The notes under the pieces were generated by a model, which ran no database searches, was not told where the DNA came from, and worked only from the letters and a program-made list of their open reading frames with translations. The translations under genes were made by a program, and so were the position numbers. This document shows, one piece after another, positions 58,058 through 64,000 of a DNA stretch of 64,000 bases (position 1 is its first letter; the number at the start of each line of letters is the position of its first letter). This stretch comes from Eutreptiella sp. 'Long Island Sound 2002' (lineage: Eukaryota > Protista > Euglenida): the NCBI GenBank assembly GCA_964036045.1, contig OZ038378.1, positions 130,448,001-130,512,000 of the forward strand, written 5' to 3'.

Positions 58058-58886
58058 TCCTCACATTCGCTCTTATCAGGGTTGCCAGCTTGGTCTGCAT
58101 GTGGAATGCTTGCATTGTCCTTTGCATGCTTGTGTGCTGCTTTTGACTGCCCTGCGACCGACAGGCGGTTTGAACCCCTGTACGCTGTATTGAAGATCTG
58201 ATGGAGGATGTCCGTAGCAGGGACAACAACAGTCGCAGCCATAGTTGTAGTCTGGACTGCACTTCGCTTCCTTTTCCCTGTGTGGTCTGTTTTTCATTTT
58301 TACATGAGCAGACAGGCCCACCCGCCCACCCGGAGATTTTGTCTTTTTCCATGCGTACACTGGCACGGAGCGTCGCACCCAGGCAATCTAGGATGTTTGA
58401 TGTTGGCAGCTTGGAACCAAAGCCAACAAAGCAACAATGAACACACGCAGAAAGCGGAACACAACCACCAGCAGCTCAAACAGGATCATAATCCAAAAGG
58501 CAAGCAAACGAGGAACAACGTGCTGCCTTTTTTGGTTTTTTGAATTGTGAGTTTGTTTTCTTTGATGCGTTGTGTTGTTGGTTGGTTTTGTCGCTGTTTT
58601 AGTTTTTGCTTTTGGTTAGATGGTATGCCGTATGGTTTGCGGTTGGTTTGTGATGTCGGTAGCTTGTCTTTTGATGCTGTTAGTTTTGATAAGTGTTTGC
58701 TTTGGGTTTGTGTTTGCATGTCTGTGTTGCTGCATTTGTGATTACCGTGATGTGACTCTAGTTGGTTTTTGTATGTTTTCCTGCAGCGTGATAATGTCTA
58801 TCCACGCAAGTTTTTTGTTGAAGTGTTGTTTTGTCTTACGGTGTGTTTCCAAAGTGTGCCTGTTGATGATGTGATGAGATTTGTTG

Positions 58887-61800
58887 CTGGCTAAGGCTAT
58901 CCTGCCCTCTAGAAAGGGGCACGACTTCAACGCACGATGATGATCCTCTGTAGCTCCGCACAGCGCACAGACCGCCGTTGGAGCCTGACGGCACAGCAGC
59001 ATGCGGACTGAGACCTCAAGCTTCCGCCATAGTGCCTTGTGCACAAAGTCCTGCAGCCTAGTCGGCAAACGCAACTTAGCAAAGGCTTCCAAAACTCCCA
59101 AGGCCTAGCGGCCCTCAAGCTCTGCTGCTGCCGGGTAGCCCGCTAATAGTTCCCGCATCCACTCCAGCTCTGGCAATGTTCTGCCCGGTATTTGCACCCT
59201 TGTTCCGTTCTTGATCCCCGAGGCCATAAACGTCAACCGGCTCTCGTAAAGATCCCTGAATGATGTTGCAATCTTAGCCAGCACACGTGCATGAATATCC
59301 CCATTGGGGGAAATGATGTCCCCCACTTTCAATACTCGCGCCTTGGATAACGCTCTGCACAAACACGGCCTGCCTTGGGCCGTCAAAAACACTCTGAAGC
59401 ACCACAGTGCTTTTCACCGTACACAGTTCCGTGGGATCCACGGCCCTTGCATAGCCTTACCAAAGTGTGAATACGCCGCCGCGGACGTCATCAACGTCGG
59501 CGGGCCCTGCTTGGGCTTGCGATGGCGGCAAATGAGCAGCTGCTGATACCGGGTATCCGGAATTTTCCTTCGGTGGGTCATGGCCTGTTTCATCTCCTCC
59601 CACAGGGTCGTGTGCACGGGCCCCAGCTTTCTGAGACCTCCACGTACAAGCACGTGTGCGCCCACAGTGCATAATCCGAAGCACACCTAATCTACACCCC
59701 TCCCCTGTCCTTTCACTGCATCATTTGTGCCACTGGGAGACCCCACGGCTTGACCCCCAGTGCCCAGAGCATGCACGCATCCGAATGCCGACGCACGACA
59801 TCCGTCGGGTAGAAAAGCGTGGCTACATAGAAGAGGGTAGGGAAGGTTCACGCCGAGGACTTCCACCTTTTGCGCTAACGTAAGCGGTAGCGTGGCGATA
59901 AACGCCGTCTTGTCGAGGAATGTTCTCAGCGTTTTGGCAAAGTGATCGTCAAATGAAACTTGTCCCAGCCATGTGCCAAGATGTTCCACCCTGTGGACCA
60001 CTTTAATGCCCTGATGTTCCCCCTCGGCGTTCAAATCCGCCTCCTCGAAAGATCACCGCTGTGGTAATAGTTTGCATTTGTGCATGTTCAATTTATACCC
60101 TGAGACCAGAGTATATTGGTACAGAACCTCTCTCACTCGTTTCGGTCTGGCTAGTTCTTGGCTGCGCCCGCCTGGTATCCAGATCAGCGTATCGTCTGCA
60201 TAAAGATATGGCACCGCTTCAGGGCACTTCTTTTGCAGGTCGTCCACCAAGAGCGTTGTCTGCAACGTGAACAAGGTTGGTGACAATGTGTCGCCCTGCT
60301 TGATCCCACATTTTGGCTATAAGACGTCGTCTGCCAACATTGGACCGACCAAGAACTTGAGCTCAATGCCGAGAAAGTCCAGCAGGACCTCACACCATGC
60401 CTCCTATACCCCCAGCCAGAGCAGAAAGTCGCCCACTAGCGCGTGATTCGTGCTGTCAAATGCCTTTGCAAAACCCAGGCTTAACCTAACGGCCGACATT
60501 CCTTTTCGCCACTGAGAATGGACGGACAATAAGTGCGGCTTGGGATATCCTTTCGGAATAAAGCCTCTCTGCGACGCCAGCACCATGGCCATGATGATGT
60601 CGTGCATGGACATCTTCAAAATACGTGCGATCCATTTCACCTTGGTGTTGAGAAGGGTAATTGGACGGTGATCCTCCATGGAGAGTTTGCCTTGGCCTTT
60701 AGGAATGCGTCTCAGCATGCCCATCGTCTGGTTTGGTGGCAGACGTCTGGATCCATGCACTTCTGCCACGACCTCCATGATACTCCTCGAAAACTCTTTC
60801 GGAAATAGTTTGTAGAATCCCGCTGGAATACCATCTTCTTCTGGAGCTGAGTTCGGATCCAGTTTTGACAGCGCCTCCGCCCCCGTTGATACTATAGGTT
60901 CTTTTCAGAAGCGTCCCATCGTGCTCCATCTCCCCTGTCTGCCTGCCAAACAGCAGTCTCGCTCTGCTTTTGGAGGCCCCATTGGATGCCATAATGTGGC
61001 CCCAAAATCTGGGCAGCTCCTGCCCCACTTCCCGGGGGCCGGTGAGCAGCTCCCCCCGTGTCGACTTAATGGCAGTCTGTTGACGGCGTTCCTTCATCTG
61101 CCGCAGCAGCCTTTTTATTTGTGCTTGCCTATGCTTGGATTTGTCAGTCGTTTCGTCTTGCGACTCATTAAACGATACTTCCCTCTGTAACAGACAGAGC
61201 ACTTCATCCCCCTCGACTTTAGACTTCTCCCTCTCCAGCAAATACTGCAGGGGTCCGTACGCCTCCTTAGCGTCGCACGTGAGTGCCCCTTCCTTCATCA
61301 GGAGGTGCACCCCCATTGGCGAAATATGCTCTATCGTCGACTGGCAGCGCGCTGTCTGCATCGAACATACATCTGAATTACATCTTTTCTTATCTTTGTT
61401 CAACGACCTCACAAGTTGCTAGACACTGTCCAGCATAAAATTCCACCATTCAACTCCCCGCAGATCAGATTCCCCCATAATTCTTTGTACTCCCTGTTTG
61501 AACTCTCCGTCCCCCAAATTGTCCGCCAGCAGTCTCCACCTGGTGGGCCTCCCATACTACATTCCGGCACCAGTTGCACTGCGACTGCTTGATGGTCGGA
61601 CTTGCCGATTCCCATCCTAAATGCTCCGCGCAGCAAAGCTCCGTAGCTGGACGACAACAAAACCATGTCAATACGGCGATGGCCTCACGTGGCACCCACC
61701 ACCACCTCGTCATCCACATCATCGTAAATGTGGCGCCACGCATCCAGCAGTCCTAGTGGACTCATGACCCGCGCCTCTGCTGTGGACGCTTCTTTAATTG

Positions 61801-64000
61801 CCTGCGATTCCACCGCTGGTGGCCCTCCTTTCCATACGTTCAAGTCATCCTCCATCGGCAGGAGGATAGAGTTGTGGTCGGACAACAGAATAAGCGGGTA
61901 GCCCTCGAAGCTCCTGTGTACCGCTGCCAATTGGTCCCACGGCTACTGTTGCAGCTCTGGCTCATTTGGGAAATGCACTGAGATCGTCAACCAGGTCTCG
62001 CCTTCCTTGTCATGGAGCAAGGCTCCTACCGCTCGCTGTGTGATGGAGAAAGACCCCACACAATCCCATCTGTCTTTGCGCCAGAAGAGTGCCGCCCCTG
62101 GGTTTCCCCCAGACAGCAGTGCCACGTGCCCCCACCGCTTCGTCAGCGACTGAGACATCATAGTGTCGTAGGAACCCCAAGTGCGCGCATGATGCTCCTG
62201 CAGACCAATCAGCATTGCGTCCGTCCTCTTGGCCGCTCCGAATAGATGGTCATAGCGGATGGTCTTCTTGCCGTCCCAAATTTCTTCTCTGGCGTACCCG
62301 TTAATATTATGTGTCATTGTCGGTCTGACCCACCGACCCCCGGCTTCACTACCACTTCCCTCCATTTCCTTTTCCGCCTCCTTTGCCTCCCAATCTCGCT
62401 GCAGCTGCATACGTCTTCCATCTGGACACCTTGTCTACTAGCTCTGAAACGCGCTCCAACGTAGACTTCTTCTTTTGCGACTTCTTCGCTCCCTCGCAGT
62501 GCCTTTGTCGCGCCGCGGCATATTGTTTCCCCGACATGACATATATATTGTCGCCCGTGGTACTGTCTCGTAGGATGCAAGCCGCCAGTTACTGTACGTG
62601 CTGTCCTCTAATGCGCCAGGCCACTAGCGTGGCATCCCCGGGCGTAAACGGGCCTCTGCGAACAAACTCCAACTCCGGCGCGTTCTCTGCCGATGCTGAT
62701 TCCATCAGCTCGCGCACCTCTCCCTCCTTAGTCTAGATAGAAATGTCGTACATGATTATCTCGTCCGGCCCTTTGGCCACAGAGCTCGCTAACCCAGCAG
62801 ACCCATCGCTCAAGGCATCTTTGTGTCCTAAGCGCTGCCGTGTCCGCTCGTTCTTCACCTGAATGCCAGTCGTTTCCAGCTCCGGAAGGACTGTAGACAG
62901 CCACGTCTCTGCTGCCCTATCTGTCATCACGCCCAGCCGAATCTTGTACGCATTGAGCACCTGTGTTCAGAACTCCGGAAAATCCGGTGTGAGCGCCGCC
63001 GCTGTTGTCTTGTAGATGATGGACCGGAGCTTCGGTGCAATCTCGTCCTTGTGCGGTCCCACCGGGAAGCATTGGGCCACTGGGTGGCAGTCCAGAAACG
63101 CCCTGCCGCTGTGCGCTTTCGCTATGCTCACCGCGAACCATGGCGTATTCGCCAGGCTTTGTATCATGGAGTTCATCTCGTCAGGGTGCATAGTATGGAT
63201 AACCAATCGCGATTGCCCCTTCGTGCGCCCCTGTGTAGTGGCTTATTCAGACCCTTTCTTAGCCATCGTCTTGAGAACTTGCGGTATAATGCAGTTGCGT
63301 ATTTGTACGACATATTCGTTCTTCTCCGGCTGCCGCAGCGTTATCGGTCGGAGGCCGATCGACGCTCCTGGGTCCATCAGACAGATGGCAGGACTAAAGC
63401 GAGATTGCAACTTGGCTTCTCTGTCCTCCTGCGACGATAGCGCTACCGCGATATCCCTACACAACCCATCACTCATTTTGAACGCTCGAGAGAAAGTGCT
63501 CAAACTGCGCACCAGCCAGGGTATGTTGTCCGCCAGGCTCTGGCCTAGATTCGGTACTATAGGCTCCGCATCCTTGAGCTGTATAAGATCATCCACTCTT
63601 CCGCACTCCACCTTGGAACACAACTGTAAAGCCTGCCGATGAAAGGCATCCAGTTCCTCCTCCGCTACCAGCCCCAGCACATCCATGGTTTGGTGGGCCA
63701 TCGGCTGCTTCATTTGTTCCCGAGAGAATTCCTTGAGCGCTGACCACCGAACGGTCGGATTCCTGTGCTTGCACGGGAACAGAGTCTCTTCGTGAAATAT
63801 TTTCCTAACGGACTCCCATCGATACAACAGCAGCAACTGTTCTATGTCGCCGTCGCTGATCGTCGTGCCGCTTGCTGGCTTCGACGCCTTCTCTATCTGC
63901 TCACGCGCCGCTTTGACCCTCTCCACAACAGAAGTGGTGAACGCAGAACTCTGGGACAGAGACCCTCGCTCCTCTTGGCTCAAAGAACCGTCTTCTGGCC
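58887..64000 (-). mobile_element. LINE-B: same family as LINE-A, 3'-truncated, running off the right edge (ORF1, APE, RT, zf)
   Basis: THNING..LQEHH..FEGYPLILLSDHNS (APE); RPITLLN..QRGF..FAKAFDS; GIKQGDTLSP; YADD. 58887-60376 duplicates 50875-52386. ORF1 remnants at 62300-63983. Confidence 0.9.

Larger units (their letters stand above)
52386..58320 (+). mobile_element. Decayed tyrosine-recombinase retrotransposon, order gag-YR-RT/RNase H (VIPER/TATE-like), with 146-bp terminal direct repeats
   Basis: Diverged direct repeats at 52386-52531 and 58175-58320; YR and DIRS-type RT/RH motifs inside. Confidence 0.85.

Overview
Eukaryotic, repeat-saturated window made almost entirely of nested mobile elements. 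I could not identify any host gene, rRNA, tRNA or CRISPR array. The gag-YR-RT/RH retroelement layout hints at a euglenozoan-type host, but that is inference only. Left to right: (1) a decayed minus-strand Helitron RepHel (<1-13.5 kb) whose N-terminal coding region holds a 2.8-kb 48/84-bp repeat array, split by Penelope-like element PLE-1 (1177-7732); (2) a dispersed repeat carrying ~162-bp tandem units (four copies or fragments); (3) a decayed plus-strand LINE (ORF1, APE, RT, zf, RNase H; ~17.2-36.6 kb) split by PLE-2 (19674-27017) and by a TA-flanked 4.5-kb non-coding TIR/foldback element (31341-35806); (4) two ~600-bp MITEs and several microsatellites; (5) two copies of a second, minus-strand LINE flanking a decayed tyrosine-recombinase retrotransposon (52386-58320) whose gag ORF starts with a ubiquitin-like domain ending RLTGG. 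The most notable system is the pair of PLEs. Both encode GIY-YIG/CxC/RT with the nuclease N-terminal, carry extra upstream ORFs with zinc fingers and a coiled coil, have D-N instead of D-D in RT motif C, and have candidate variant type-II hammerhead ribozymes in their pseudo-LTRs. All calls are by eye and coordinates of decayed elements are approximate.
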